A stretch of 64,000 nt of DNA from Escherichia coli (lineage in GTDB: Bacteria; Pseudomonadota; Gammaproteobacteria; Enterobacterales; Enterobacteriaceae), in assembly GCF_044324875.1 (NCBI RefSeq), contig NZ_CP172185.1. One strand, written 5' to 3'. The position numbers were made by a program, and so were the translations under genes. Below, piece after piece: positions 1-10,290 of the stretch (the first letter of the stretch is position 1; each line of letters opens with the position of its first letter). The notes under the pieces are model-generated. The model ran no database searches, was not told where the DNA came from, and saw only the letters and a program-made list of their open reading frames with translations.

Positions 1-341
1 GCCAGAACAAAAACATAACCTACGTAACCAAAATTATCCCCCAACGCAATTTGCGTTGCGGCTTTCATGGCGTAGGAATCCATTAAATAACCATGAACGC
101 CATAGGCTTTACTTACAGCCTCTGCTACCGGTTTAAATGTTGCGGAGAATTGAAACCCACCAAATAACACCATCATTAATCCCACCATGGCGCTGACCAT
201 ACCGGTAATAATTTTTATTGGCGATTTCTTATCAAGGGCATAACCAATGCCCACCAGCAAACCAATTAATATTGCGGGTTCGGTTAAAAACGTTTGAATA
301 ACATCTATGAATTTGGCAAACATCGTCGGAACGCCCTCCAT
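1..341 (-). CDS. PTS EIIC component, ascorbate (UlaA/SgaT) family, N-terminal 113 codons only; gene runs off the window start
   Basis: Reverse-strand translation MEGVPTMFAKFIDVIQTFLTEPAILIGLLVGIGYALDKK...TFKPVAEAVSKAYGVHGYLMDSYAMKAATQ resembles the UlaA N-terminus as recalled ([29 protein letters not shown]). Start codon ambiguous (341 or 323). Confidence 0.55.
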   Translation of the reverse strand, partial: MEGVPTMFAKFIDVIQTFLTEPAILIGLLVGIGYALDKKSPIKIITGMVSAMVGLMMVLFGGFQFSATFKPVAEAVSKAYGVHGYLMDSYAMKAATQIALGDNFGYVGYVFVL

Positions 342-534
342 AAGCGTACATTTCCGTTGTCAATGCATGAACCTTCTGCTGACGTTAATAATGCTTCAGA
401 TATTTTTTATTTTTCGCTAAGCGATGCCTCTGCAGGTATTCGGTAAACGCACTTTAGTAATCAGAACAGTTCATTTAAAGATCTTATTTGATTATTTGTG
501 ATTTGATTTGCAAAAATAGCGCAATATATAACCA

Positions 535-566
535 TGATCGATCGGTTAATATTAATCGATCGATCA
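535..566. promoter_or_regulatory. 32-bp near-perfect palindrome TGATCGATCGGTTAATATTAATCGATCGATCA with four GATC sites; candidate operator upstream of the PTS gene
   Basis: Read directly; the two 16-bp arms are reverse complements with one mismatch, centred in an AT-rich intergenic region. Confidence 0.4.
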
Positions 567-621
567 CGGTTATTATTTAGAATGGATGTATGCCGGAGTG
601 ATATTGATTTGAGTGATGTAT

Positions 622-1749
622 TTACATTTTTACCAGCAGTGTCAGCACTTCGTAATGCGCGGTGTGGGGGAACATGTCGAAAAGCTGTACCCGTTCGATG
701 CGATAACCCGGCAGCTCGCGGATATCTTTCGCCATGGTTTGGGCGTTACAGCTGGAGTAGATGATAAAACGCGGTGCCATCGTTGAGAGATAATCACATA
801 GCGGTTTACCAATGCCGCGGCGCGGCGGGTTAACCAGCACCAGCTCCGGCACTTCCCCCTGGGCGGTAGCAAACTGAGTGGAGTCCAGCGCCTGAAATTG
901 CAAACGCGTTAAGCCCAGTTCAGCGGCTGACTGCTTCGCACAGGCAATGGCCTCTGGTGCAATTTCGATCCCGGTTAACTGCATGTCAGGCGTCGCGCAG
1001 TGTAAACCAAAGCCCCCCACGCCGCAGAACAGATCCCACATATGGTTTACCGGTAGTTGCCGCACCCAGTCGCGCGCGGTAGCGTAAAGCTGGCTGGCGA
1101 CCGCCGGATTAGTCTGGAAGAAACTTTGCGGACGGATCCACAGCGGCACATCGTTAAAACGATCCGCCAGCGCCTGTTGTTCGGTCAGGTAGATCTCCGT
1201 CTCCCCTTCCATAATCGCCATATGTACCGGCTGAATATTGACGGTAATAACTTTTAGCTGCGGCAGTTGTTCCTGTAACCACGGCAGCGCCTTACGCAGT
1301 TGCGCCAGTTTGGTTTCAGAACGCAGTACAAAGCGCAGCATCATGCCGCCATCGCTCTGGCTTTCGGTCAGCAGAATGTATTTCAGTTCGCCACGTTTGC
1401 GCGCCACGTTGTAAGGCGTAAGCCCGGCGCGAGCAATAAATGGTTTCAGTGCCGCAAAAACGGGCGCAAATGAGGCAGGATAAAGCGGGCAGTCACAAAG
1501 GTCTTCCGGTGTGCCGTCTCGATGCAGCATACCGAGCAGTGGTTTTTCAACGCTACCACTCACCACCATTTTGGCTTTATTACGAAACCCTTGTTCCGGG
1601 CCTGACACCGGCGCGCACCATTCCTCAACCGGAAAGTCGGCGAGCAGATTTTTAAGATCGGCGGTTTTAGCGGAGAGTTGCTCTGGAATCGGCTGCGTTA
1701 TCCACTGACAGGAACGACAGCGACCCGCGTCGTAAAGTGCGCACTGCAT
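622..1749 (-). CDS. rlmC: 23S rRNA (uracil747-C5)-methyltransferase RlmC
   Basis: 375-aa ORF with N-terminal Cys cluster (CRSC) and SAM-methyltransferase core ([10 protein letters not shown]); matches the K-12 RlmC length. Confidence 0.92.
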   Translation of the reverse strand: MQCALYDAGRCRSCQWITQPIPEQLSAKTADLKNLLADFPVEEWCAPVSGPEQGFRNKAKMVVSGSVEKPLLGMLHRDGTPEDLCDCPLYPASFAPVFAALKPFIARAGLTPYNVARKRGELKYILLTESQSDGGMMLRFVLRSETKLAQLRKALPWLQEQLPQLKVITVNIQPVHMAIMEGETEIYLTEQQALADRFNDVPLWIRPQSFFQTNPAVASQLYATARDWVRQLPVNHMWDLFCGVGGFGLHCATPDMQLTGIEIAPEAIACAKQSAAELGLTRLQFQALDSTQFATAQGEVPELVLVNPPRRGIGKPLCDYLSTMAPRFIIYSSCNAQTMAKDIRELPGYRIERVQLFDMFPHTAHYEVLTLLVKM

Positions 1750-1789
1750 ACATTGACCTTCACATCATCAGGGGCGACGATTATACACA

Positions 1790-2278
1790 TTATTGCAACT
1801 GGAAGAACCGCCGACTGGTCGAGGGAACGAACAGCAGCATCAGGATGAGCATATCCGGCAACTTCTGCAGCATCAGGCTATGGAAGATTTCACGTTTTGA
1901 TTCACCGGGAATGCTGAACAGCTCCGGATAACCATAACCCAGCGAAGCCGCCCACAAGTAACTTGCGGCCGTGATTTGTGTCAACAGATACAGCCAGCGC
2001 GCCCAGCGACGCCCTTTCACCAGTGAAAACGCACACCAGATCTCAATAAAAACCAACACCAGACTGCTTAAAAAGACCAGCGTTAGACTCCAGGTTTGTA
2101 CGCTGCGATGAATGAACTCGCCAATACCGCGCACGCCCAGCGTATTGAAAATCATCAGCACGTCGAGGCCACGGATCATAATAATGGCGAGCGCCGCCAC
2201 CTGCACCAGCGCAGGCACATTCAGGCGAGCATGAGATGAAGATGTTTTCTTAAAAAATCCCAACGTTTCGTCTTCCAT
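1790..2278 (-). CDS. ybjO: inner membrane protein YbjO
   Basis: 162-aa hydrophobic ORF in the conserved position between rlmC and potI. Confidence 0.85.
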   Translation of the reverse strand: MEDETLGFFKKTSSSHARLNVPALVQVAALAIIMIRGLDVLMIFNTLGVRGIGEFIHRSVQTWSLTLVFLSSLVLVFIEIWCAFSLVKGRRWARWLYLLTQITAASYLWAASLGYGYPELFSIPGESKREIFHSLMLQKLPDMLILMLLFVPSTSRRFFQLQ

Positions 2279-2337
2279 GAAAACAATGCCGCGACATGCG
2301 CGGCATTATGTAGCCAGGTTGGCAAATTTTAGTGTCT

Positions 2338-3183
2338 TCAGCCACGTCTTGCACGCTGGATGTCGCGTATCCGCTGTTTTTCTGCGCGAGCCATCAGATA
2401 CCAGGCGATAAATCCGACAATTCCGACCGCGCCGAGGATCAATGTTGCCAGGGCGTTGATTTCCGGATTCACCCCCATACGCACGCTGGAAAAGACCAGC
2501 ATCGGTAACGTGGTGGCTCCCGGCCCGGAAACAAAGCTGGCGATCACCAGATCATCAAGCGACAAAGTAAAAGCCAGTAACCAGCCAGAAATGATCGCGG
2601 GCATGATCATCGGTAGCGTAATGACGAAAAACACTTTCAGCGGCGTCGCACCGAGATCCATCGCTGCTTCTTCTATCGAGCGATCCAGTTCCCGCAGACG
2701 CGACGAAATAACGACTGCCACATAAGCCGTACAGAAAGTGACATGCGCCAGCCAGATGGTGAGCATACCGCGGTCCGCAGGCCAGCCAATGGCATGAGCA
2801 AGCGCGACGAATAACAACAATAGCGACAAGCCCGTGATGACATCTGGCATCACCAGCGGCGCGGTGATCATAAAGGCAAAACCATTTGATCCGCGAAACC
2901 TGCCAAAGCGCACCAGCACGACCGCCGCAATCGTCCCGAGGATCGCCGCCGCCGTCGCCGCACAGGCCGCAATTGTCAGGCTTAAACCAACCGCACTCAT
3001 CATCGCGTCATCGCGCAATAATTCGCCATACCAGCGCGTTGACCAGCCGGCCCACACCGTCACCAGCTTCGAGCTGTTGAATGAATAGATCACCAGCATC
3101 AGCATTGGCGCGTAGAGAAAGGTGAAGCCCAGCAGCAAAATCACAATCCGCCAGGGCGAATGAACTACCGGTAAATTATTCAT
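2338..3183 (-). CDS. potI: putrescine ABC transporter permease PotI
   Basis: ABC permease; start set at MNNLPVV (ATG 3183), overlapping the potH stop by 4 nt. Confidence 0.9.
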   Translation of the reverse strand: MNNLPVVHSPWRIVILLLGFTFLYAPMLMLVIYSFNSSKLVTVWAGWSTRWYGELLRDDAMMSAVGLSLTIAACAATAAAILGTIAAVVLVRFGRFRGSNGFAFMITAPLVMPDVITGLSLLLLFVALAHAIGWPADRGMLTIWLAHVTFCTAYVAVVISSRLRELDRSIEEAAMDLGATPLKVFFVITLPMIMPAIISGWLLAFTLSLDDLVIASFVSGPGATTLPMLVFSSVRMGVNPEINALATLILGAVGIVGFIAWYLMARAEKQRIRDIQRARRG

Positions 3184-4133
3184 CCGTGTTCTCCCACGCT
3201 TTTTTGCTGGTGTTTGTGGAACCACATTATCGGCACAATTAGCAGCAGCAACATGATGATCGCTACCGCCGAGGCCACCGGCCAGTCGCGATTGTTAAAG
3301 AACTCCTGCCATAGCACGCGCCCGATCATGATGCTGTCCGGGCCACCGAGCAGTTCAGGGATCACAAACTCGCCCACAGCCGGGATAAACACCAGCATCG
3401 ATCCGGCAATAATCCCGCCTTTGGTCAGCGGCACGATCACAGTAAAGAACGTTTTCAGCGGTCTTGCACCGAGATCCAGTGCCGCTTCCACCAGCGAATA
3501 ATCAATACGAATCAACGCGGTATAAATCGGCAGTACCATAAACGGCACGTAAGCGTAAACAATGCCGATATAAACGGCCAGATTGGTATGCAGAATGGTC
3601 AGCGGTTGATCGATAACCCCCAGCCACAGCAGAAAATTATTCAGCACACCGTTGTTTTTTAATATTCCCATCCAGGCATAAACGCGGATCAGAAACGAGG
3701 TCCACGACGGCAGGATCACCAGTAGTAATAAGATATTACGGGTCGAAGGCTTACTGTGCGCCACCGCCCACGCCAGCGGATAGCCGATCAGTAAACAGCA
3801 AATAGTCGAAATCGCCGCCACCTGTAACGACTGGAGATAAGCATCGAAATAGAGCGGATCGTCGGTCAGTTGCAGGAAATTACCGAGATTAAGAGTGATG
3901 GAAAGTTGCCCGTCAGCCCACTCCATCAGTTCGGTATAAGGTGGAATGGCGCGCGCCATCTCCGCCAGGCTTATTTTAAAGACAATCAGAAATGGCAGCA
4001 GAAACAGCAGGATTAGCCAGATATACGGCAGCGCAATCACCAGTTTGCGCCCATGCTTCATTTGCAGCTGCGACAACCACAGCTTAAATCCGCCCGGCGG
4101 TTTCGACTGGGCAGCAGGTTCAAGTGTACTCAT
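3180..4133 (-). CDS. potH: putrescine ABC transporter permease PotH
   Basis: 317-aa multi-TM ORF, operon position, length matches PotH. Confidence 0.92.
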   Translation of the reverse strand: MSTLEPAAQSKPPGGFKLWLSQLQMKHGRKLVIALPYIWLILLFLLPFLIVFKISLAEMARAIPPYTELMEWADGQLSITLNLGNFLQLTDDPLYFDAYLQSLQVAAISTICCLLIGYPLAWAVAHSKPSTRNILLLLVILPSWTSFLIRVYAWMGILKNNGVLNNFLLWLGVIDQPLTILHTNLAVYIGIVYAYVPFMVLPIYTALIRIDYSLVEAALDLGARPLKTFFTVIVPLTKGGIIAGSMLVFIPAVGEFVIPELLGGPDSIMIGRVLWQEFFNNRDWPVASAVAIIMLLLLIVPIMWFHKHQQKSVGEHG

Positions 4134-4142
4134 TTTTGCTCC

Positions 4143-5276
4143 TTAAACCGTCAGCACCACACAGCTGTCCACTTCCCAGCACAAACGCACTTCATCGCCC
4201 CAGGTCGGTAACCCTTTACGATGACGATGGGCGTTTTGTAGCTGGGCGCTGATCATCTGCCCACTTTTCAGACGAACGTGATACACCGAAAGATCGCCGA
4301 GATAGGCAATGTGTATCACCTCCCCCACCGCGAAGTTACAACCATTGGCGGGCGGCTCTTCGCAAAGCATGATTTTTTCCGGACGCAGCGCTACGTGTAC
4401 CGGCACGTTATCAACCACTGAAGCATCTGCATCGACTTTCAGTGGGTGCACCAGTCCCGGCGAATAAAGCACCAGACCATCTTCCTGACGCTCTTTGAGT
4501 ACACCTTCAAAGACATTAACCGAGCCAATAAATTCGGCGCTGTAGCGGGTGGTCGGATGCTCATAGATCTCTTCCGGTTCGCCAATCTGGACAAATTTCC
4601 CACGATTCATAATGGCGATACGCCCCGCCATGGTCATCGCCTCTTCCTGATCGTGGGTGACCATCACACAAGTCACACCGACACGCTCCAGAATATCCAC
4701 CACTTCAAGCTGCATCCGGTCACGCAGCTTTTTATCCAGCGCGCCCATCGGCTCATCGAGCAGTAATAGTTTCGGGCGCTTGGCAAGGCTTCGGGCCAGG
4801 GCCACACGCTGTCGCTGACCACCGGAAAGCTGATGCGGTTTGCGTTTGGCGAACTCCTGCATATGCACCAGCCCGAGCATCTCATTGACCCGGCTGGCAA
4901 TTTCCGCTTTCGGTAGTTTGTCCTGTTTCAGGCCAAAAGCGATGTTCTGTTCCACGGTCATATGCGGAAACAGCGCGTAAGACTGAAACATCATATTGAT
5001 GGGGCGCAGGTAAGGCGGAACCTGTGACAAATCGACGCCATCAAGCATTATCTGTCCGGCAGAAGGTTGTTCGAAACCTGCCAGCATACGCAGCAGCGTG
5101 GACTTGCCACAGCCGGATGCGCCCAGCAGCGCGAAGATTTCACCTTTGTAGATGGTCAGGCTGACATCATCCACCGCATGTTGACCATCGTAGGATTTGG
5201 TGAGGTTGCGGATTTCTAATAGCGGCGTCAGCGCCTTACGGGTTTTCGCCTGCGGGCGAGGGATAGCGTCATTCAC
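4143..5276 (-). CDS. potG: putrescine ABC transporter ATP-binding protein PotG
   Basis: Walker A GASGCGKST, signature LSGGQRQR, Walker B LLLLDEP; start assigned to GTG at 5276 (VNDAIPRP) to give the 377-aa product. Confidence 0.9.
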   Translation of the reverse strand: MNDAIPRPQAKTRKALTPLLEIRNLTKSYDGQHAVDDVSLTIYKGEIFALLGASGCGKSTLLRMLAGFEQPSAGQIMLDGVDLSQVPPYLRPINMMFQSYALFPHMTVEQNIAFGLKQDKLPKAEIASRVNEMLGLVHMQEFAKRKPHQLSGGQRQRVALARSLAKRPKLLLLDEPMGALDKKLRDRMQLEVVDILERVGVTCVMVTHDQEEAMTMAGRIAIMNRGKFVQIGEPEEIYEHPTTRYSAEFIGSVNVFEGVLKERQEDGLVLYSPGLVHPLKVDADASVVDNVPVHVALRPEKIMLCEEPPANGCNFAVGEVIHIAYLGDLSVYHVRLKSGQMISAQLQNAHRHRKGLPTWGDEVRLCWEVDSCVVLTV

Positions 5277-5370
5277 GGCTGCTCTCCGGCATTGAATGTG
5301 TGCAAGCGCACCATAATGGTGCGAATTGCCGGCGGGCGTGGTGCGCCCGTCCGGCATCTACGACTGCGGA

Positions 5371-6483
5371 TTATTTTCCGCTCTTCACTTTGGTCCACGC
5401 GCGGGTGCGCACACGGTCTATTTTTGGATCCTGCACTTTCAGAGTGAACAACTTCGCACGAACGTCCGCCGGAGGATAAATCCCTGGATTATCACGCACT
5501 TCCGCGCTTACCAGCGGCGTAGCTTCTTTGTTCGCGTTGGCATAGAACACATGGTCGGAAATATGCGCCACCACATCCGGGCGCAGCAGGTAATTCAGGA
5601 ACTGATAGGCTTCGTCTTTATTTTTGGCATCCGCAGGCATGGCGAAGACATCAAAGAACGCCATCGCCCCTTCTTTCGGAATCGAGAACGAGACATTAAC
5701 GCCATTCTTCGCTTCCTTCGCGCGGTTTGACGCCTGCCAGACATCGCCCGCCCAGCCGATAGCGACGCAGATATCGCCATTTGCCAGGTCGTTAATATAT
5801 TGAGATGAATGGAAATAACGAATATTCGGGCGTAGCTTTAACAGCAGATCGGTAGCCGGTCCGGTGTAATCATCTGCTTTAGTGCTGTTGGGATCTTTAC
5901 CGAGATAATTCAGCACGGTAGCAAACACTTCTTCCGGTGCATCAAGGAAAGAGACGCCGCAGCTTTTCAGTTTTTCCAGATTTTCAGGCTTGAGGATCAA
6001 GTCCCAGCTATCGACGGGCGCGTTTTCGCCCAGCACCGCTTTAACTTTATCAACGTTATAGCCAATCCCGGTCGTCGCCCACATATAGGGCATAGCAAAT
6101 TTATTGTCGGGATCGTGTTTGGCAACCAACTTCAGCAGCTCCGGATCGAGATTCTTCCACTCCGGCAATTTGCTTTTGTCCAGCGGCTGGAAAACTCCCG
6201 CAGTCAACTGGCGTTCAAGAAAGCTTGCTGACGGCAGCACCAGGTCAAAGCCGGTGCTACCCGCCATTAATTTGCCTTCCAGTACTTCGTTAGAGTCGAA
6301 AACATCGTAGACGACTTTAATACCGGTTTCTTTTTCAAAATTGGCCACCGTGTCCGGGGCGATATAATCAGACCAGTTATAAATGTGAAGTGTTTTTTGT
6401 TCAGCCGCGAGCGTGCCGACAGAGACGGCCATCAGAGCACCCGTAACCAGACCCGATAGCCATTTTTTATTTAAGGCGGTCAT
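5371..6483 (-). CDS. potF: putrescine-binding periplasmic protein PotF
   Basis: Start at MTALNKKWLSG with signal peptide; 370 aa. Confidence 0.92.
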   Translation of the reverse strand: MTALNKKWLSGLVTGALMAVSVGTLAAEQKTLHIYNWSDYIAPDTVANFEKETGIKVVYDVFDSNEVLEGKLMAGSTGFDLVLPSASFLERQLTAGVFQPLDKSKLPEWKNLDPELLKLVAKHDPDNKFAMPYMWATTGIGYNVDKVKAVLGENAPVDSWDLILKPENLEKLKSCGVSFLDAPEEVFATVLNYLGKDPNSTKADDYTGPATDLLLKLRPNIRYFHSSQYINDLANGDICVAIGWAGDVWQASNRAKEAKNGVNVSFSIPKEGAMAFFDVFAMPADAKNKDEAYQFLNYLLRPDVVAHISDHVFYANANKEATPLVSAEVRDNPGIYPPADVRAKLFTLKVQDPKIDRVRTRAWTKVKSGK

Positions 6484-6833
6484 ATCTCTTTCCTTCTGAA
6501 AGTTCGTTAACAAACGAACAAAAGTTGTCACACTAAAAGATATGCAATAAACGTGCATATTTTTTATCGGCGCGGTGTAAGAAAAGAGAACTCTCTCCCG
6601 GCCAGCACTGCTCGCTATATAAAAGCATCGCAAGAATAACTTTAGCCAGGGTTTGAGACTATAGCTCGGATTAAAAAACGGTATTTAACAAATTTTTATG
6701 CGTATTTGCTCTATGTGATAAAGCCAAATCGGCACAAGAGAAGTGAAATAATCTTTAAGAAAAGGTTAAAAACAGCAGATAATTTTGCAGCACGCAGTCA
6801 CTGCGGCAGCGACTGCGTACTCGAAAGGAGTTA

Positions 6834-7310
6834 TCAGTGGAGGAAATAGTTTTCGGTAACGTTGTTTTGCCCTTCATCGTCAGTCGGTAACAGCAGTTGA
6901 TGGGCATTAGCTTCAAGAATGACCATCGAAATCTGCTCTTCGCTCTGACGCAGGAACCATGCAAACTGCTCATAGGTTACGCCCTGCATAACGGATAAAG
7001 ACTGGCAAACCACCAGCTTTGGCAGATTATCATCCTGCATATCAAGAAATGCTTTCACGGTCAGCGAACTGGCATTGATGGCAGATAAATCTGCCGCCAG
7101 GGGCAATACGGCTGAAGGTCGGACTTCCGCCATGGCAGAAAACAGGATCGTGTTATCGATCAGATCGATTTTGGCATCAAAGACACCGTCGAAATTCTGC
7201 ATATGGGGCAGATGCAGAGCCTGACAGTTATCACATTCAAAAAAACTCATCCCCAGGTCATCGAGCCATTGACGCAGCGTATCCAGACCAGGAACGACCA
7301 GCGATGTCAT
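6834..7310 (-). CDS. ybjN: YbjN family protein
   Basis: 158 aa from MTSLVVPGLD; conserved position downstream of rimK. Confidence 0.85.
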   Translation of the reverse strand: MTSLVVPGLDTLRQWLDDLGMSFFECDNCQALHLPHMQNFDGVFDAKIDLIDNTILFSAMAEVRPSAVLPLAADLSAINASSLTVKAFLDMQDDNLPKLVVCQSLSVMQGVTYEQFAWFLRQSEEQISMVILEANAHQLLLPTDDEGQNNVTENYFLH

Positions 7311-7397
7311 AATTTTGTACAACCTCTTTCGATAAAAAGACCGGCACAGCTTACGCAAAAAGCGCAGGCAAAACCATGATCAGTAATGTGATTGCGA

Positions 7398-8300
7398 CTA
7401 ACCACCCGTTTTCAGGCAATATTCCGCCGTAGCGTGGCGTTCGATCCAGCGGATCATTTTACCCGCGATGTCGATACCGGTGGTTTTTTCTATTCCTTCC
7501 AGCCCCGGCGACGCATTCACTTCCATCACCAACGGCCCGCGATTAGCACGCAAAATATCTACACCAGCAACATCCAGCGCCATCGTTCGCGCGGCTTTTA
7601 TCGCGATTTCACGCTCCTGTGGTGTGATACTGGCGACGCTTGCCGCGCCGCCACGATGCAAATTGGAACGAAAATCGCCCTCTTTCGCCCGCCGTTCAAT
7701 CGCAGCGACCACTTCATCGCCAACAACCAGACAGCGGATATCGCACCCTTGCGCCTCTTTGATATATTCCTGCACCAGAATATGCGCGTTCAGACCGCGG
7801 AAAGCGTCAATCACGCTTTCGGCCGCCTGACGCGTCTCCGCCAGCACGACGCCAATTCCCTGCGTGCCTTCAACCAACTTGACCACCAGCGGCGCACCAC
7901 CGACCATGTCGATTAAATCGCTGGTATCATCCGGCGAATGCGCAATGCCCGTGACAGGCAGGTCGATGCCCTGACGCGCCAGCAGTTGCATGGAACGCAA
8001 TTTGTCACGCGCCCGGGCAATGGCGACCGACTCATTGAGCGGATAGCTCCCCAGCATCTCGAACTGGCGCAGTGCCGCCGTCCCATAAAAGGTAATGGCG
8101 GTGCCAATACGCGGGATCACTGCGTCAAAATGAGGTAACTTGCGGCCTTTGTAGTGAATAGAAGACGCCGCAGGATTTATGTTCATGTAGCAAGAAAGCG
8201 GATCAAGAATTTCAACCAGGTGACCACGCTGTATAGCGGCTTCACGCAGCCGCTTACACGAATAGAGCGTTCCATCCCGGGACAATATGGCAATTTTCAC
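7398..8300 (-). CDS. rimK: ribosomal protein S6 glutamate ligase RimK (ATP-grasp)
   Basis: 300-aa ATP-grasp ORF (MKIAILSRD...). Confidence 0.93.
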   Translation of the reverse strand: MKIAILSRDGTLYSCKRLREAAIQRGHLVEILDPLSCYMNINPAASSIHYKGRKLPHFDAVIPRIGTAITFYGTAALRQFEMLGSYPLNESVAIARARDKLRSMQLLARQGIDLPVTGIAHSPDDTSDLIDMVGGAPLVVKLVEGTQGIGVVLAETRQAAESVIDAFRGLNAHILVQEYIKEAQGCDIRCLVVGDEVVAAIERRAKEGDFRSNLHRGGAASVASITPQEREIAIKAARTMALDVAGVDILRANRGPLVMEVNASPGLEGIEKTTGIDIAGKMIRWIERHATAEYCLKTGG

Positions 8301-8360
8301 CCTGCACCTCTCTGTCAGACCTGGTCAAAAGCCCGCGTATCATACATCGGCGTGGCGGTT

Positions 8361-8436
8361 TTAGCGCGTCGCCCAACCCTGTTTGTGCAAATAATCCAGA
8401 ATAAATGGGCGGCTTTCTTTAATGATTGTTCGGCGG
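8361..8436 (-). pseudogene. nfsA: detached 3' tail of nfsA (last ~24 codons, RRTIIKESRPFILDYLHKQGWATR-stop) left behind by the IS1 insertion
   Basis: Reverse-strand reading from the IS1 edge gives an open frame ending at TAA 8361-8363 and continues the NfsA frame across the target duplication. Confidence 0.8.
8428..8436. repeat. IS1 target-site duplication, left copy (GTTCGGCGG)
   Basis: Identical 9-mer immediately flanks both IS1 ends (8428-8436 and 9205-9213). Confidence 0.9.
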
Positions 8437-8491
8437 GGTGATGCTGCCAACTTACTGATTTAGTGTATGATGGTGTTTTTGAGGTGCTCCA

Positions 8492-8767
8492 GTGGCTTCT
8501 GTTTCTATCAGCTGTCCCTCCTGTTCAGCTACTGACGGGGTGGTGCGTAACGGCAAAAGCACCGCCGGACATCAGCGCTATCTCTGCTCTCACTGCCGTA
8601 AAACATGGCAACTGCAGTTCACTTACACCGCTTCTCAACCCGGTACGCACCAGAAAATCATTGATATGGCCATGAATGGCGTTGGATGCCGGGCAACTGC
8701 CCGCATTATGGGCGTTGGCCTCAACACGATTTTACGTCACTTAAAAAACTCAGGCCGCAGTCGGTAA
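8492..8767 (+). CDS. insA: IS1 protein InsA
   Basis: 91-aa [43 protein letters not shown] (zinc finger plus HTH). Confidence 0.95.
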
Positions 8768-9189
8768 CCTCGCGCATACAGCCGGGCAGTGACGTCATCG
8801 TCTGCGCGGAAATGGACGAACAGTGGGGCTATGTCGGGGCTAAATCGCGCCAGCGCTGGCTGTTTTACGCGTATGACAGGCTCCGGAAGACGGTTGTTGC
8901 GCACGTATTCGGTGAACGCACTATGGCGACGCTGGGGCGTCTTATGAGCCTGCTGTCACCCTTTGACGTGGTGATATGGATGACGGATGGCTGGCCACTG
9001 TATGAATCCCGCCTGAAGGGAAAGCTGCACGTAATCAGCAAGCGATATACGCAGCGAATTGAGCGGCATAACCTGAATCTGAGGCAGCACCTGGCACGGC
9101 TGGGACGGAAGTCGCTGTCGTTCTCAAAATCGGTGGAGCTGCATGACAAAGTCATCGGGCATTATCTGAACATAAAACACTATCAATAA
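8686..9189 (+). CDS. insB: IS1 InsB frame (transposase made as InsAB' by -1 frameshift)
   Basis: 167-aa ORF overlapping the insA 3' end in the -1 frame. Confidence 0.93.
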
Positions 9190-9204
9190 GTTGGAGTCAT
9201 TACC

Positions 9205-9213
9205 GTTCGGCGG
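9205..9213. repeat. IS1 target-site duplication, right copy (GTTCGGCGG)
   Basis: Same 9-mer as at 8428-8436. Confidence 0.9.
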
Positions 9214-9860
9214 ATATGATCGCTCCAGGTATCCCGGCGATTATTGCTGCCACGTGTGAGGTAATATTCCGCCAGTTGTTCGTCATACTGCGCCAGTGCG
9301 TCTTTATCCAGCGGTTGATAGCTGTTTTCATGCACCAAAATGGAGGACGGTAAACGCGGCTTAAGATCCGGATTATCCGCAGGCCAGCCAAGGCACAGCC
9401 CAAACAGCGGCAGAACATGCTGCGGTAATTTCAGCAGCTCCGTCACCGCTTCAATATTATTGCGCAGGCCGCCGATATATACCCCGCCCAATCCCAGCGA
9501 TTCCGCTGCGGTTAATGCATTCTGCGCCATCATTGCCGTATCAACGACACCGAGCAACAGTTGTTCCGCCAGGCCGAGCTGAGCATCCGGACAGATCTGT
9601 AAATGGCGGTTAAAGTCGGCACAGAACACCCAAAACTCCGCCGCTTGCGCTACGTGTTTTTGCCCGCCGGTCAGCGCCACCAGTTCTTCACGTAACGCTT
9701 TGTCGGTAATGCGAATAATGCTACTGCACTGCAAAAAACTGGAACTGGACGTCGCACGGGCGCTGTTAATAATCGCCTCACGCTGCGCTTCGGAAATGGG
9801 TTCATCAGTGAAATGGCGAATGGAGCGATGGCCACAAATAAGTTCAATGGTTGGCGTCAT
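9205..9860 (-). pseudogene. nfsA: oxygen-insensitive NADPH nitroreductase NfsA, 5' portion (~218 codons); C-terminus replaced by 7 IS1-encoded residues
   Basis: ORF 9183..9860 reads MTPTIELICGHRSIRHFTDEPIS...DTWSDHIRRT then VMTPTY-stop inside IS1; the native tail lies at 8361-8436. Confidence 0.88.
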
Positions 9861-10131
9861 TATCTTTTTCTCTTTCTGAACGTGAATATTGCGGTGGACG
9901 GTTCATCAGCTGTGGGGCAAGACGTTTTGCCACCTGAAGAATAACCACCACCGCAGCGGGAAGCATGAGCAAAACACCGAGAAAAATCATCAGAATCTGC
10001 ACTTCTGGCCGAGAAAATGGCTCAGGCAGCGACAGGGAGCCGCTTACCGACAGCAGCGCCACCGCCAGCAACATCATTCCGATAAATTCCAGTATCAACA
10101 CGCTTTTAGGCAATTTACCGATCGCGCGCAT
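9844..10131 (-). CDS. ybjC: small membrane protein YbjC
   Basis: 95-aa ORF immediately upstream of nfsA and overlapping its start. Confidence 0.85.
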   Translation of the reverse strand: MRAIGKLPKSVLILEFIGMMLLAVALLSVSGSLSLPEPFSRPEVQILMIFLGVLLMLPAAVVVILQVAKRLAPQLMNRPPQYSRSEREKDNDANH

Positions 10132-10290
10132 ACGCTTCCCTCTGCAAAGTGAGCCTTCAGTCTAAAACTTTTCACTGTATTGTGTTTAACAGTTATAGCT
10201 TTTAGCAATTAATGCAACAGGTTAAACCTACTTTCAGCGAATACATTTTAGCGTGATCATTACAGGCATAAATCTATGAGGAGAGAAATA

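Larger units (their letters stand above)
8437..9204 (+). mobile_element. IS1 insertion sequence, 768 bp, complete, with terminal inverted repeats
   Basis: Ends GGTGATGCTGCCAACTTACTGAT ... ATCAATAAGTTGGAGTCATTACC; carries insA and the overlapping insB frame; flanked by a 9-bp direct repeat. Confidence 0.97.

Noticed and set aside
2360-2725. 121-aa plus-strand ORF inside potI, and similar antisense ORFs across the window (e.g. 3214..3501, 7392..7916, 31830..32258, 38079..39029, 39726..40280, 46785..47573, 49016..49663).
   Set aside because: They lie entirely within well-supported genes on the opposite strand and have low-complexity or Arg/Ser-rich translations without RBS; typical shadow ORFs.
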